Shown here: in pieces, positions 29,750 to 40,080 of the stretch
Position numbering within the stretch: position 1 is the stretch's first letter
Layout: each line of letters begins with the position of its first letter
Origin: Vulcanimicrobiota bacterium
Lineage (GTDB): Bacteria; Vulcanimicrobiota; Vulcanimicrobiia; Vulcanimicrobiales; Vulcanimicrobiaceae
Direction: 5' to 3'
NCBI GenBank assembly: GCA_963714015.1
Contig: OY970223.1
Span: 512,001 to 576,000, forward strand
DNA: 64,000 bases
Notes under the pieces: model-generated
What the model saw: only the letters and a program-made list of their open reading frames with translations
Database searches by the model: none
Told to the model about the DNA's origin: nothing
Position numbers and translations under genes: made by a program

Positions 29750-30889
29750 ATGATCGGCAGCATCCGAGTTTCGCAGGAGGCATTGCAAAAAAACGCACGG
29801 GCATTGAGCGATTTAGTCGCTCCGGCCCGGTGCGCCTTCGTCGTCAAGAGCAACGCGTACGGTCACGGTTTAGTGGAAGCGGCGCGCTCGATTGAGCCCT
29901 TCGCCGTAAAGTTGTGCGTCTATTCAATCGAGGAAGCCGTCGAGCTCAGGGATGCGCACATTCAGAGCAGCATCTTCGTGATGGGGCCGATCGAAAGCGC
30001 CGATTTAGACGAAGCGCTCGCGCGAGATCTCGAAATCGCCTTGTGGGATACCGGCGGCTACTTACGCGCCGTAGGCAGCGCCGCATCGCGATGCTACAAA
30101 CGCGCTCAGGTTCACGTGAAAATCAATACCGGCGTCGCGCGTTTGGGACTAGAGCCGCAGGACGCACCCGATGCAATCGAAGACTATGTGCGCATTCCGG
30201 AACTGCAAATCGCGGGCGTCTTCTCTCATTTGGCGGCCGCCGAAGAATTGGACTCGCCTTTCACCGCACAGCAGCTCGAACGGTTCAACCGCGTGCTGCA
30301 CGGCGCCGAACCGGTTCTGCACGCTCGCGGTATTCAGCCGATCCGGCACATCGCCGCATCAGCGGCCGCGATGCTCTGGCCGCAGACGCGTCTGGACATG
30401 GTACGCATCGGAGTCGCACTCTACGGCCTTTGGCCCTCACCTCAGACCCGCGTTGCGATGAACGGCGCACAGTTACCGCTCGAGCCGGCGCTCTCGTTCG
30501 TCAGTTCGCTCGTCGCGGTACGCAACGTCGACGCCGGAACGCCGATCGGATACGGCTCGACGTATCACGTGCCGAGGGCCACCCGAATAGGCGTCGTTCC
30601 GCTCGGCTACGCGGACGGCATCCCGCGTCTGCTCTCCAATCGGGGCGCATTTTTGGTCGGCGGGAGGCGCTGCGCGATCGTGGGACGGGTGTGCATGAAC
30701 ATGACGATGATCGACCTCGGCGCCGGCAGCTCGGCAAAGCCGGGTGAGCGCGTCACGTTGCTCGGCAGCGACGGAGAAGCCCATGTCGGCCCGGACGACT
30801 GGGCGGAATGGGCAGACACGATCAATTACGAGATCGTTACACGCCTGCCCGCAGAACTTCCGCGCACCGCGGGTACGTTAGTCGTGTAA
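29750..30889 (+). CDS. alr: Alanine racemase
   Basis: VVKSNAYGHG, HVKINTGVARLG, IGYG, GYADG, GRVCMN. Confidence 0.95.
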   Translation: MIGSIRVSQEALQKNARALSDLVAPARCAFVVKSNAYGHGLVEAARSIEPFAVKLCVYSIEEAVELRDAHIQSSIFVMGPIESADLDEALARDLEIALWDTGGYLRAVGSAASRCYKRAQVHVKINTGVARLGLEPQDAPDAIEDYVRIPELQIAGVFSHLAAAEELDSPFTAQQLERFNRVLHGAEPVLHARGIQPIRHIAASAAAMLWPQTRLDMVRIGVALYGLWPSPQTRVAMNGAQLPLEPALSFVSSLVAVRNVDAGTPIGYGSTYHVPRATRIGVVPLGYADGIPRLLSNRGAFLVGGRRCAIVGRVCMNMTMIDLGAGSSAKPGERVTLLGSDGEAHVGPDDWAEWADTINYEIVTRLPAELPRTAGTLVV

Positions 30890-30890
30890 G

Positions 30891-32087
30891 ATGGTTACCG
30901 TCGCGGTAAACGATCGTCCCATCCCGGCGGTTGCAGTCGTCCGGCAGGGTCGCGTCCTTTTGCCGCTTCGCGCAACGTTTGCGGCGCTCGGGGCAACCGT
31001 GCAATACGATCCGCAACGCCGCGTCGTCGTCGCGAAAACGCTCGTGCATGCCGTCCGTTTAGAGATTGGGTCTCGCATCGCTCAGCTCGACGGCAAGACG
31101 GCGCGGCTGGACGTTCCGCCGCAGATCCTCGCGGGCGAGACATTCGTTCCGATTCGCTTCGTCGCGCAAGCATTCGGGGCGCGCGTGTCGTACGACGCGC
31201 AGGACGCTCTCGTTTCGATCGCGGTTCCCGAAGAGCTCGTCCTAAGCCGCGCGCACGTAATGGGTTTGATGCCGGCAGCCGGAGCGCAGGTTGCCACGGC
31301 GTATCCGAATATCGCTGCGTCGCTGAGCGGTGGAACCGCTGCAAACGGCGATGTCATGCTGACGGTCGACGGGAAGGACGTGACCGCGCTTTCTTCCTTC
31401 GACGGTTCCACCGTTACGTATCTGCCGCGTACGGCGCTGCCGATCGGTTCGCACACCGTGGTCTTCAGCGGAAAGGACGACGCCGGCAACACCTTCAGTT
31501 CGCAGTGGAACTTCACGACGACCAGCACGCCGCAAGCCGACGAAGGCTTACCGCTTCAGAGCTACGGCTACCAGTTTTTCTCAAACGGATCGACGTGGTT
31601 CCGCTACGGCGACTGGATGCACTTCACCCTGATCGCTCCGCCTGGCGGAAGCGCTTACCTCGAATTGTGCAATCTAGGCTACCAATACGCGCTCTGGAAC
31701 GGCGGACAAGGAACGAATTACATCGCCGACATTCCCGCGCCGTATGGCTATTCGATCTCTTCGTGTCCGGTAACGGCAGTGTATACGGCCTGGAACGGCA
31801 CGCAATACTTCGTTCCGTATCCCGTGTATGTCGGGCTCTACACCTCGCCGCAGCCGTACATCATCGGACCTGGAGCGTTCGCGACGCCAAGCCCCGTACC
31901 GCGCGCGATCGGTCTGCCGGGGGAACGGCGGCCCGTACCGTTGCAGGCTAGTCCCCTTCCCGGGCCGAGGCCGATATCGAAACCGGTCGTCAAACCGGTT
32001 GCGCAGCCGCCGATCAAACCGGTTTCAAAACCGGCACCGGTCCAAAAGCCGATCCCGAAGTCGCCTTCACTTAAGCCGATACGCTGA
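30891..32087 (+). CDS. Copper amine oxidase N-terminal (stalk) domain protein with Ig-like domain and Pro-rich tail
   Basis: GRVLLPLRATFAALGATV.YD, LDVPPQILAGETFVPIRFVAQAFGARV. Confidence 0.8.
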   Translation: MVTVAVNDRPIPAVAVVRQGRVLLPLRATFAALGATVQYDPQRRVVVAKTLVHAVRLEIGSRIAQLDGKTARLDVPPQILAGETFVPIRFVAQAFGARVSYDAQDALVSIAVPEELVLSRAHVMGLMPAAGAQVATAYPNIAASLSGGTAANGDVMLTVDGKDVTALSSFDGSTVTYLPRTALPIGSHTVVFSGKDDAGNTFSSQWNFTTTSTPQADEGLPLQSYGYQFFSNGSTWFRYGDWMHFTLIAPPGGSAYLELCNLGYQYALWNGGQGTNYIADIPAPYGYSISSCPVTAVYTAWNGTQYFVPYPVYVGLYTSPQPYIIGPGAFATPSPVPRAIGLPGERRPVPLQASPLPGPRPISKPVVKPVAQPPIKPVSKPAPVQKPIPKSPSLKPIR

Positions 32088-32790
32088 TCGCTTCGCGAAG
32101 ATCGATCGTGCCTTCGTAGAGCGCATTGCCCAAAATGCAAGCATCGACGTTGGAAGGAGCGCGCTCGCGAAGCTCGCGCACGTGATCGATCGTCCGGGCG
32201 CCGCCGGCGGCGGTAATCTTGACTCCGGCAGTCTCCGCGACGGCGGCAAGCGCATCCAAATCAAAGCCCTCGCCGGTGCCGAACCTCGAGATTTCGGTGA
32301 AAACTATACGGGTTACGCCCCACTGCACGACGCGGGCAACGAGCGCATCCCGATTGATCTGCGTCTCGTCCTGCCAGCCGCGAACTGAAACCACGTCGCC
32401 CCACGCGTCGACCCCGGCAAAGACACGTTCGCCCAATTGGTGAATCATGTTGCGCGCGGCGCGTTCTTCTTCGACCAGCACCGTGCCCAAAATGACGTAT
32501 GCTGCGCCGGCGTCCAGCATCGCTTGCGCTTGAGCGAGCGTACGGATTCCGCCGCCCACCTGAACCGGCACGCCGGCGGCACGGCAGATTGCCGCCAGTA
32601 CGTCGGAGTTTTCGCCGGTTCCGAACGCGCGATCCAAATCGACCACGTGTAACTGGCGCGCCCCGGCCGCGACGAAACTTTTTGCCTGAGCAACCGGATC
32701 GGTTTCATACGTCTTCTCGCGGGACGGATCGCCTTGCTGCATCCGCACTACCTTGCCGCCGCGGACGTCGATGGCCGGAATGACCAGCAT
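32071..32790 (-). CDS. hisA: HisA family ProFAR isomerase homolog
   Basis: IPAIDVRGGKVVR, LHVVDLD, QVGGGIR, VRGW; loop 6 reads TEISRFG. Confidence 0.8.
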   Translation of the reverse strand: MLVIPAIDVRGGKVVRMQQGDPSREKTYETDPVAQAKSFVAAGARQLHVVDLDRAFGTGENSDVLAAICRAAGVPVQVGGGIRTLAQAQAMLDAGAAYVILGTVLVEEERAARNMIHQLGERVFAGVDAWGDVVSVRGWQDETQINRDALVARVVQWGVTRIVFTEISRFGTGEGFDLDALAAVAETAGVKITAAGGARTIDHVRELRERAPSNVDACILGNALYEGTIDLREAISVSA

Positions 32791-32798
32791 GCGCGCGG

Positions 32799-33968
32799 TT
32801 ATGCCTTACCGTTGGCCGTGCGCTGTTCGATAGCTTCGAACGGATGCACGGGCGGTCCGGAGTATGTCGCCTGCGGACGAATCAGGCGATTGTCGGCGAG
32901 CTGCTCGAGAATGTGCGCCGTCCAGCCGGCGATGCGGCCGCACGCAAAGATCGGCGTGAACTCATCGCCGGGAAATCCTAGGCTGTAAAACAGCGGCGCG
33001 CTGTAGAAGTCGACATTCGCGTAGATGCGCTTATCCGGCTTGGTTTCCTGAAGCACCTTGTTTGAGGCGTCTTCAAGCGCGCGCGCGATTTTGTACCACT
33101 TGGGATCGGTCGTTTCACTGAGCTTTTTGGCCACAAGTTCCAAATGCTGCGCGCGCGGATCGCGCACTTTGTACTCGCGGTGACCCATGCCCATGATCCG
33201 CTCGCCGCGCGCCAGAACCTCACGCACGGATGTTTCGGCGCGCTCCGGTTTGCCGATCTCCAGCAATACGCGGCCGACTGCGCTCGCGGCACCCCCATGG
33301 GCTTCACCTTGCAACGTGGAGATCGCTGCGGTGACCGCGGCGTAGAGATCCGCTTTGGTCGAAGCGGTAACGCGCGCGGAGAAGGTGGACGCGTTGTACG
33401 AGTGATCCGCGAGCAGCACCAGATACGTGTCCATCGCGTCCTCGGCGACGGCGGTCGGCACCTCGCCGCGGCTCATATATAAAAAGTTAGCCGCCTGCGT
33501 GAGGTCCGTGCGGGGCTCGATCGGTTCGAGTCCCCGCCGGATGCGATCCCACATCGCAACGACGGTGGGAACCTTGGCAATCAACTCGATTGCGGTGTGC
33601 ACGTCGGAAATGTGCGCGCCTTTTGCGTCGACCGGAACGAACAGCGAGAGACCCGACACGATCGTCCGAAGCACGTCCATGGGCCACGCATCTTTAGGTG
33701 CCCGCTCCATGGCATTGATGAGCGGCTCGGGGATCATCCGACGGGACGCCAGTTCTTTTTTGAGGATGGCGAGTTCGCTCTTCGAGGGCAGATGGCCGTA
33801 GAGCAACAGATGGACGACTTCTTCGAAACACGCGTTCGGTGCGAGATCGTTGATGTCGTAGCCGCGGTAGGTCAGGCGCCCTTCCTTACCCTCAACGTTG
33901 CTGAGCAGCGTCTTCCCGACGACGACGCCTTCGAGACCGCGATCGACGACAATACCAGTGGTAGACAG
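32799..33968 (-). CDS. Citrate synthase / 2-methylcitrate synthase family (probable CTG start)
   Basis: RGLEGVV, LTYRGYDI, DHSYNASTF, HGGA, GMGHREYKVRDPRA, ANVDFYS. Confidence 0.93.
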   Translation of the reverse strand: MSTTGIVVDRGLEGVVVGKTLLSNVEGKEGRLTYRGYDINDLAPNACFEEVVHLLLYGHLPSKSELAILKKELASRRMIPEPLINAMERAPKDAWPMDVLRTIVSGLSLFVPVDAKGAHISDVHTAIELIAKVPTVVAMWDRIRRGLEPIEPRTDLTQAANFLYMSRGEVPTAVAEDAMDTYLVLLADHSYNASTFSARVTASTKADLYAAVTAAISTLQGEAHGGAASAVGRVLLEIGKPERAETSVREVLARGERIMGMGHREYKVRDPRAQHLELVAKKLSETTDPKWYKIARALEDASNKVLQETKPDKRIYANVDFYSAPLFYSLGFPGDEFTPIFACGRIAGWTAHILEQLADNRLIRPQATYSGPPVHPFEAIEQRTANGKA

Positions 33969-34089
33969 TGTTTGGTTCCTCCGGCCCGGAGCATTCGGCG
34001 GGCCCGCGAGCCATCCCCACGGGCTTGCTCCGGTAGCCGGGCGGCTCGGGCTTAAAGTGACGTTAACCCGGCTCTGAGAAAATGAGCGC

Positions 34090-34521
34090 GTGGCCGTTGC
34101 CGACCTCATCGAAATTCAACGCGTGACACCGCTTCTGCGTTTACAGCAAGCGCTGCGCTCGCACGGCCCCACGCTGAACCTGCTTTTCGAATACGCGCGC
34201 GCCGCACCCGACGAAGAGTGGACCGTACGCGAAGCGTTTGCCGGAGCCATCGCCCTCGTTCTGCACGATCTCGTTCGCCGCTTTTGGAAAGACTGCGGCG
34301 CAAACAAGCATGATTGGAAGTCGATCGGCCCGCTTCTGGACGGGTATTCGATTCCACAGCTCCTTGCCGCGGCCGCCAAACATAACGGAAAGAAACATGG
34401 ACTGCGCAGCAACTCGGCTTGGCCGCTTCTTGAATTGCTGGGCACGGGCGGCGGCTACGCGCACATCGACGAAGCCGTTCGCGGATTCGCGGCCGCGCTC
34501 ACCGAGCGTTTAGGAACTTAA
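34090..34521 (+). CDS. Hypothetical protein
   Basis: 143-aa ORF divergent from the citrate synthase gene; no motif recognised. Confidence 0.55.
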   Translation: MAVADLIEIQRVTPLLRLQQALRSHGPTLNLLFEYARAAPDEEWTVREAFAGAIALVLHDLVRRFWKDCGANKHDWKSIGPLLDGYSIPQLLAAAAKHNGKKHGLRSNSAWPLLELLGTGGGYAHIDEAVRGFAAALTERLGT

Positions 34522-34687
34522 GCCTCGCTCAATCGATTCGGTGCGACGTTACGTTAAAGCGCCGAATTGCGTTCCGATACCTATTGCACGTTCGCATGCG
34601 GAATGTTCGGGCGAAGGCGCCATCGCGTACGTTGCGGATCACGCCAACGGATCGATCTATGCGTTCGTCCGGCCGGCATGCCGGCTG

Positions 34688-35644
34688 CTATTCGGGCGCG
34701 TCGTCGACGTGCTGCGCGTACTCGCGCGGATTGAAATACCAGCTCGGGAGCGAACTCGGGAACTGAATGTCGTTATAGTCGAACGTAACCTTCTGCCCGT
34801 CTCCGGTATAGATCTTATCCTCGGTGATCGTGCCGCTCTTGTCCGTGTGAATAATGGGCATCACGGTGCCGTCCAAATGCGTGATTACGACGTAGCCGTC
34901 GAGATAGCCGAGCGTGTAGTCGAAGATCACCGGATAGATGTCGTCTCCTTGAACGAACAGGCGGTCATGGGCGATAATCTTGCGCAGAACGAAGGTCTTT
35001 TTGTCGACCCAGATCTGACGCAGCACGTTGCGCTCGGGATCGCGGCGCGGTTCGAGCCAAAGATGCAGCATGTCGCCTTCAACCGCGACCTTAGGAACGT
35101 TGTAATCGAATTCGCCGACGACGACGACCGCTGAGATCGTTTTGAGAGGTCCGTTGGTCGGCTCCGGCGTGGGCACGACGTTTATGGGCTGCGGATGCGC
35201 CGGCTCGAACAGGTCGGCCGTCGGCGGTCCCGGGTCGCGATCCTGATTGAGCGCCGGTCGATCGAAATTCAGCGGTCCGTCGGTATCGCCGCGGTCGACT
35301 TGGCGGTACAGCGCAGCGCGATCGGTATTACGAACCCAGTATTTGCGCGTATACGAACTGGCGTAATCCGGAAGCGGCGTGGAATCGGGACCGACGCTGT
35401 AATTGGTGTTCTGCGCGCGCACGAGCGTGTAGGTTTCGTACGCCGGAGGCGGGCGGTGCAGTCGATAAACACGCCGGATGTAACCGAGAAGGCGCACCGG
35501 CGTAAGCGTCTGATAAGGCGGAAGCGGCAATTCGGCTTGAGGATCCGCGCTCGTTTTTACGCGCGGGATCGAAAACGCGGCCGCAATCAATGCCGCGGCG
35601 AACACGGCAATGCCGGCGCGCCGGAGGGGCGATCCAGTACTCAT
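34688..35644 (-). CDS. Exported hypothetical protein with LolA/RseB-like motif
   Basis: Signal/TM segment; HLWLEPRRDP...LRQIWVDKKTF. Confidence 0.7.
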   Translation of the reverse strand: MSTGSPLRRAGIAVFAAALIAAAFSIPRVKTSADPQAELPLPPYQTLTPVRLLGYIRRVYRLHRPPPAYETYTLVRAQNTNYSVGPDSTPLPDYASSYTRKYWVRNTDRAALYRQVDRGDTDGPLNFDRPALNQDRDPGPPTADLFEPAHPQPINVVPTPEPTNGPLKTISAVVVVGEFDYNVPKVAVEGDMLHLWLEPRRDPERNVLRQIWVDKKTFVLRKIIAHDRLFVQGDDIYPVIFDYTLGYLDGYVVITHLDGTVMPIIHTDKSGTITEDKIYTGDGQKVTFDYNDIQFPSSLPSWYFNPREYAQHVDDAPE

Positions 35645-35694
35645 GTCTGTGGTACAACGTACGGGAGGGGCACGAAGTTACATCCCGGCAGAGC

Positions 35695-36642
35695 CTAACG
35701 CGACAGAACGCGTTCGCCTGCGCGGGCAAGCGCGTACCCGACCAGCCGGTCGACCAGTGCCCCGTATGAGATTCCGGCCGCTCCGCACGCGTCCGGTATG
35801 AGGCTGGTCGGCGTAAGGCCGGGCAAAGAGTTTATCTCCAGGATATAAGGGCGGCCTTCTTTGCTGACGATGAAATCGCAGCGGGAGTAGTCGCGCAATC
35901 CGACGAGCCGGTGCACGGAAAGCGCCAGCATTTGCACGCGCGCGGCCAAATCAGGATCGATGCGCGCGGGGACGACGTGCGTACTCCCGCCGGCGCCGTA
36001 CTTTGCGTCGTAAGTATAAAATTCGTCTTTGGTCGGAATGACTTCGATGACGGGCAACGCATCCTCACCGAGGATCGCGCAGTGCAGTTCGCGACCGCCG
36101 ACAAACTCCTCCGCAATCACTTCGGTGTACTCTTCGGCCGCTGCCAGCATTGCCTTAGTCCATTGTTCGTGCGTATGCACGATCGTGACGCCGACGCTGC
36201 TGCCTTCGTACCTGGGCTTGATGACGAGCGGCAGATCGAGGGAACCGGGAAGCAGCGGCAGCGTACCCCCGGTGAGATCGAACAGATCCCATGCGGGCGT
36301 CGGCAGCCCTTCGGCCGCGCAGAGTTTCTTGGTGAGGTGTTTGTCCATCGCGATGGCCGACGCTTCTATGCCGCTTCCGGTGTACGGGATGTTCAAATGC
36401 TCGAGAATGCCTTGGATTTGTCCGTTCTCGCCGCCCGGGCCGTGGAGCGCGATAAACGTCACGTCCGGTGCGATCTCGCGAATGGCATCCACGAACCGCA
36501 CGTCGTAGTCGAGCGACTTGGTCTCGTAGCCGAGATCGTTCAGTGCGCGCAGCACGCCCGATCCGCTTTGAATCGAGATCTCGCGTTCGGCGCTGTTGCC
36601 GCCCATCACGACGGCGACGCTGCCCTTCGAAGTTCTAGTCAA
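35695..36642 (-). CDS. ddl: D-alanine--D-alanine ligase
   Basis: VMGGNSAEREIS, ALHGPGGENG, LEINSLPG; TTG start overlapping the murB stop. Confidence 0.96.
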   Translation of the reverse strand: MTRTSKGSVAVVMGGNSAEREISIQSGSGVLRALNDLGYETKSLDYDVRFVDAIREIAPDVTFIALHGPGGENGQIQGILEHLNIPYTGSGIEASAIAMDKHLTKKLCAAEGLPTPAWDLFDLTGGTLPLLPGSLDLPLVIKPRYEGSSVGVTIVHTHEQWTKAMLAAAEEYTEVIAEEFVGGRELHCAILGEDALPVIEVIPTKDEFYTYDAKYGAGGSTHVVPARIDPDLAARVQMLALSVHRLVGLRDYSRCDFIVSKEGRPYILEINSLPGLTPTSLIPDACGAAGISYGALVDRLVGYALARAGERVLSR

Positions 36643-37601
36643 GTGACCGGCTCCGTATCGATGAAGACGCCGACGAGATGCACTTCGAGCTCGAGTTCGA
36701 CGCTGAAGCGCTCCGCCACGGCTCGGCGCACGCGCGCCAGCAGCGCCGCGACGTCGCACGCGCGCGCATTCGCGACGTTGTTGATGAAATTTGCATGCAG
36801 CGGCGAGACTTCCGCGCCACCCTGACGCCACCCCTTAGCGCCGGCCGCTTCGATCAACCGAGCCGCCTTTTCGCCCCGAGGATTCCGAAAACAGGAACCC
36901 GCGTTCGGAAGCGCGATGGGTTGCGTGTTTTTGCGCCGCACGAGCCGGTGCTGCACTTCCTCGCGCACCATTTTGGCTTCGCCGCGTTCGAATTGCAATG
37001 TGACGCGCGTGACCACGGCGTCTCGCGCCAGTGAGGTGTGGCGGTAATAATATTGCACGCTGACCGGATGCGGATCGGCTTTCGCCGGCGATTGCACCCA
37101 TACGTCCATGACGAAATCGCCGATCTCTTTGTCGGTCCCCGCGTTCATACGCAACGAACCGCCGACGCTTCCCGGAATTCCGGCGAGCGAACCGATGCCG
37201 GTAGCGCCGGCACTCGCGGCTTTTGCAGTCAATTGCGCCATATTTGCGGATGCACCGGCGTATACCAGCACTGCGTCTTGCGAAGCGTCGATGCGAATCT
37301 GCGCAAACTCTCCTGCCAGTCGCAAAACCAAACCACGAATTCCGCCATCCCCGACCAGCAAATTGCTTCCGCTGCCCAGGACGAACCACGGGGTCTTGCG
37401 CTTGCAGCAGAACCGCATGATTTGCGCGAGGGCTGCTTCGTTTTGGACTGTCACCAGCGCATCGGCGGGACCGCCGACTCGCCACGACGTGTAGGGCGCC
37501 AGCGGCTCGTCAAAAGCTGCGTTCGCTCCGGCGATGCCCGTCAGGATCTCGCGATCGCCCGAGGAAAGGACGCTCTCGAGCGCTACTGACACGGCGCTCA
37601 T
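36639..37601 (-). CDS. murB: UDP-N-acetylenolpyruvoylglucosamine reductase
   Basis: VGGPAD, GSGSNLL, GIPGSVGG, NAGSCFRNP, HANFI. Confidence 0.96.
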   Translation of the reverse strand: MSAVSVALESVLSSGDREILTGIAGANAAFDEPLAPYTSWRVGGPADALVTVQNEAALAQIMRFCCKRKTPWFVLGSGSNLLVGDGGIRGLVLRLAGEFAQIRIDASQDAVLVYAGASANMAQLTAKAASAGATGIGSLAGIPGSVGGSLRMNAGTDKEIGDFVMDVWVQSPAKADPHPVSVQYYYRHTSLARDAVVTRVTLQFERGEAKMVREEVQHRLVRRKNTQPIALPNAGSCFRNPRGEKAARLIEAAGAKGWRQGGAEVSPLHANFINNVANARACDVAALLARVRRAVAERFSVELELEVHLVGVFIDTEPVT

Positions 37602-38968
37602 GCGCCGGCCGCTTGCGGAATACCGGCCGCGAGCTGTGCGGCGACGTTCGTGATGTTGCCGGCGCCGAGCATCAAGACGAGCGCTCCAGGCGGCGCATCG
37701 CTCGCCAGGATATCGCGCAAATCCTCGACGGCTTTGACGTAATACACCGGTTTGCCGAGAGCCTGGAGGGGCTGGCCGATGTTGCGTTCGCTCACACCTT
37801 GGATGGGCGCTTCGCTGGCCGCGTAGATTGGGGCCAAGTATACTGCGTCGGCGCCTTGCAGCGCTTCGGCGAACTCACGCGCGAGATGGGCAGTTCGAGT
37901 GTACCGATGCGGCTGGAAAGCAACCAATACCGGACCGGAATGGTACAGACGCGCTGCGGCGATCGTTGCTCGAACAGCGGTCGGATGGTGCGCGTAATCG
38001 TCCACGACCGTGAAGCGGCTGCGCTTTGCGAGGATTTCGAAACGGCGGCGCACGCCGCGAAAGTCCTTCAGCGCTTCGGCGATCTTCAGGAACGGTATGC
38101 CCAGTTCGCGCGCCACCGCGATCGCGGCCAGCGCGTTCTGCACGTTGATTTCCCCCGGCACCTGGAGTTTTGCAGTACCCAAGCACACGCCGCCGGAGAC
38201 GACGTCGAAGGACGATCCGAAATCCGCGAAACGGACGTTCACTGCCCGCAGATCCGCTTCGGGGCGAAGTCCGTACGTTTGCGTTCGAGCGCGCCGCGTG
38301 CCTTGCGCGACGGTACGGCTGTGCAGGTTGTCGATGCCGACGATCGCGGCGCCGCCTTCGGGCAGTTTGCTCAAGAACGCGTCGAAGGCCTCGACCAACT
38401 GCGGAAGTTCGGCATCGGATGCCAAGTGATCGTTCTCGATGTTCGTTACGACGGCGATCGCCGGTTCGAGCAGTGCAAACGAGCCGTCGGACTCGTCCGC
38501 TTCCGTCAAAAACCATGGCGCGCTTCCATGGTGCGCATTCGTTCCGGTGAGTGCGTCGATTCCACCAAGGACCAAACTCGCGTCGATCCCGCAGCCGCGT
38601 AAAACCGTAGCGGTCATGGCAGTACTCGTCGTCTTGCCGTGCGTTCCGCAGATCGCGATGCCGCGCAATCCTTCCATGATGCGGCGCAGCATTTCCCCGC
38701 GTCGCACGATCGGCACGTCCCATTCGAGCGCGTGCCGGTATTCGGGATTCTGCGGATCGATTGCCGAACTCACGACGACGGTGCTTGCATTCACGTTGCG
38801 AGCATCGTGACCGATCGTTATCGCCGCACCTTGCTCGCGAAGCGCATCGATCAGCGGCGATTCCGCAACGTCGGAGCCGGTGATTCGCTCGCCGCGCGAG
38901 AGCAAAATCGAAGCGATGGCGCTCATACCGATGCCCCCGACACCGACGAAATGCAGAGAGTTGCTCAC
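37598..38968 (-). CDS. murC: UDP-N-acetylmuramate--L-alanine ligase
   Basis: HFVGVGGIGMS, GTHGKTT, EADESDG, DDYAHHP, FQPHRY. Confidence 0.97.
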   Translation of the reverse strand: MSNSLHFVGVGGIGMSAIASILLSRGERITGSDVAESPLIDALREQGAAITIGHDARNVNASTVVVSSAIDPQNPEYRHALEWDVPIVRRGEMLRRIMEGLRGIAICGTHGKTTSTAMTATVLRGCGIDASLVLGGIDALTGTNAHHGSAPWFLTEADESDGSFALLEPAIAVVTNIENDHLASDAELPQLVEAFDAFLSKLPEGGAAIVGIDNLHSRTVAQGTRRARTQTYGLRPEADLRAVNVRFADFGSSFDVVSGGVCLGTAKLQVPGEINVQNALAAIAVARELGIPFLKIAEALKDFRGVRRRFEILAKRSRFTVVDDYAHHPTAVRATIAAARLYHSGPVLVAFQPHRYTRTAHLAREFAEALQGADAVYLAPIYAASEAPIQGVSERNIGQPLQALGKPVYYVKAVEDLRDILASDAPPGALVLMLGAGNITNVAAQLAAGIPQAAGA

Positions 38969-40080
38969 GCGGCTCTCCTTCGCGCCGCCAGGCCGTCTAT
39001 CCGTGCGACGATCGTCGCAACGGGATCGCCCCCGCCAAGCGAGCGTGCCGCAGCGCGCATTTCGGCAAGCCGCGAGGGCTCCATCGCGTTGCGCAGCGTC
39101 CACCAAAGCGAGTCGGCGTTCAGTTTGGAATCTTCAATGACGATCGCCGCACCGCTCGCCTCGAATACTGCGGCGTTACGCGCCTGATGATCCTCGGAGG
39201 CGAACGGATACGGAATCAGAATGGAAGGCGCTCCCAATGCCGCAAGTTCGCCGATCGTCGACGCACCGGCCCGTGCAACGACCAGCTCCGCTACGGCGTA
39301 CGCATCCGCCATCTCGGTGAGATACGGCACGAGTTTGACGAAATTTCCGCCGAACGTGTCCCGCTCCTCGGCGCGCATGTATTCGTAGTCGCGCTCACCG
39401 GCGACGTGCAGTATCTGCCAATCGTTCGGAAGCGCCCGTCGCGTCACCAGGGCAGCCACGGTTTCATTTATCGAGCGCGCGCCCTGACTTCCACCGATCG
39501 CCAAAATCGTGCGGCGGGACGGATCGAGGCCTAGACGACGCGCCGCTTCGACCCGGTTGTTCGGGCGAAGCAGTGAGGCGCGCACCGGGATCCCGGTATG
39601 CACGAACTTGTGAGCAAGTGCGCCGTCGGGCTGTGCGAACGCGCCCCAAACTTCGTCGACCATCGGCGCCAGGAGGCGATTCGTCAAACCGGGCTGAGCA
39701 TTCGGCTCGAGCAGCGCGAATCGCGCGCGCAGACGCCCGGCGGAACGCAGAACCTTGGCGGCCGCGATGACCGGAAAGCAGACATAGCCCCCGGTGGCGA
39801 TGACGACGTCGGGATCGAAACGCACGAGCGCGCGCATTGCCTGTGCGATTCCGGCAAGATTTGCCCAAGCAGTGCCGATCAGTGCGAGCGAGAGGCGGCG
39901 GCGAAGCGGGCGGCTCGAGATCGTCTCGAGTTCGTAGCCCGCAGAAGGAATGATGCTCGTCTCCAAACGGCCGTTCGTACCGATGAAGCGGATTTGCGCC
40001 CGCGATCGAATCGCGTCGGCAAGCGCGATGGCCGGATAGAGATGGCCGCCCGTGCCTCCCCCGGCAAAGATCACTTTCAT
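38965..40080 (-). CDS. murG: Lipid II GlcNAc transferase
   Basis: GGGTGGHLYP, GGSQGA, RAGAST, DHQARNA. Confidence 0.97.
   Translation of the reverse strand: MKVIFAGGGTGGHLYPAIALADAIRSRAQIRFIGTNGRLETSIIPSAGYELETISSRPLRRRLSLALIGTAWANLAGIAQAMRALVRFDPDVVIATGGYVCFPVIAAAKVLRSAGRLRARFALLEPNAQPGLTNRLLAPMVDEVWGAFAQPDGALAHKFVHTGIPVRASLLRPNNRVEAARRLGLDPSRRTILAIGGSQGARSINETVAALVTRRALPNDWQILHVAGERDYEYMRAEERDTFGGNFVKLVPYLTEMADAYAVAELVVARAGASTIGELAALGAPSILIPYPFASEDHQARNAAVFEASGAAIVIEDSKLNADSLWWTLRNAMEPSRLAEMRAAARSLGGGDPVATIVARIDGLAARRRAA

Noticed and set aside
34541..34690. Fragment reading AIAYVADHANGSIYAF (NHL-repeat-like)
   Set aside because: Too short, and the ORF is mostly antisense to a better gene; at most a gene remnant
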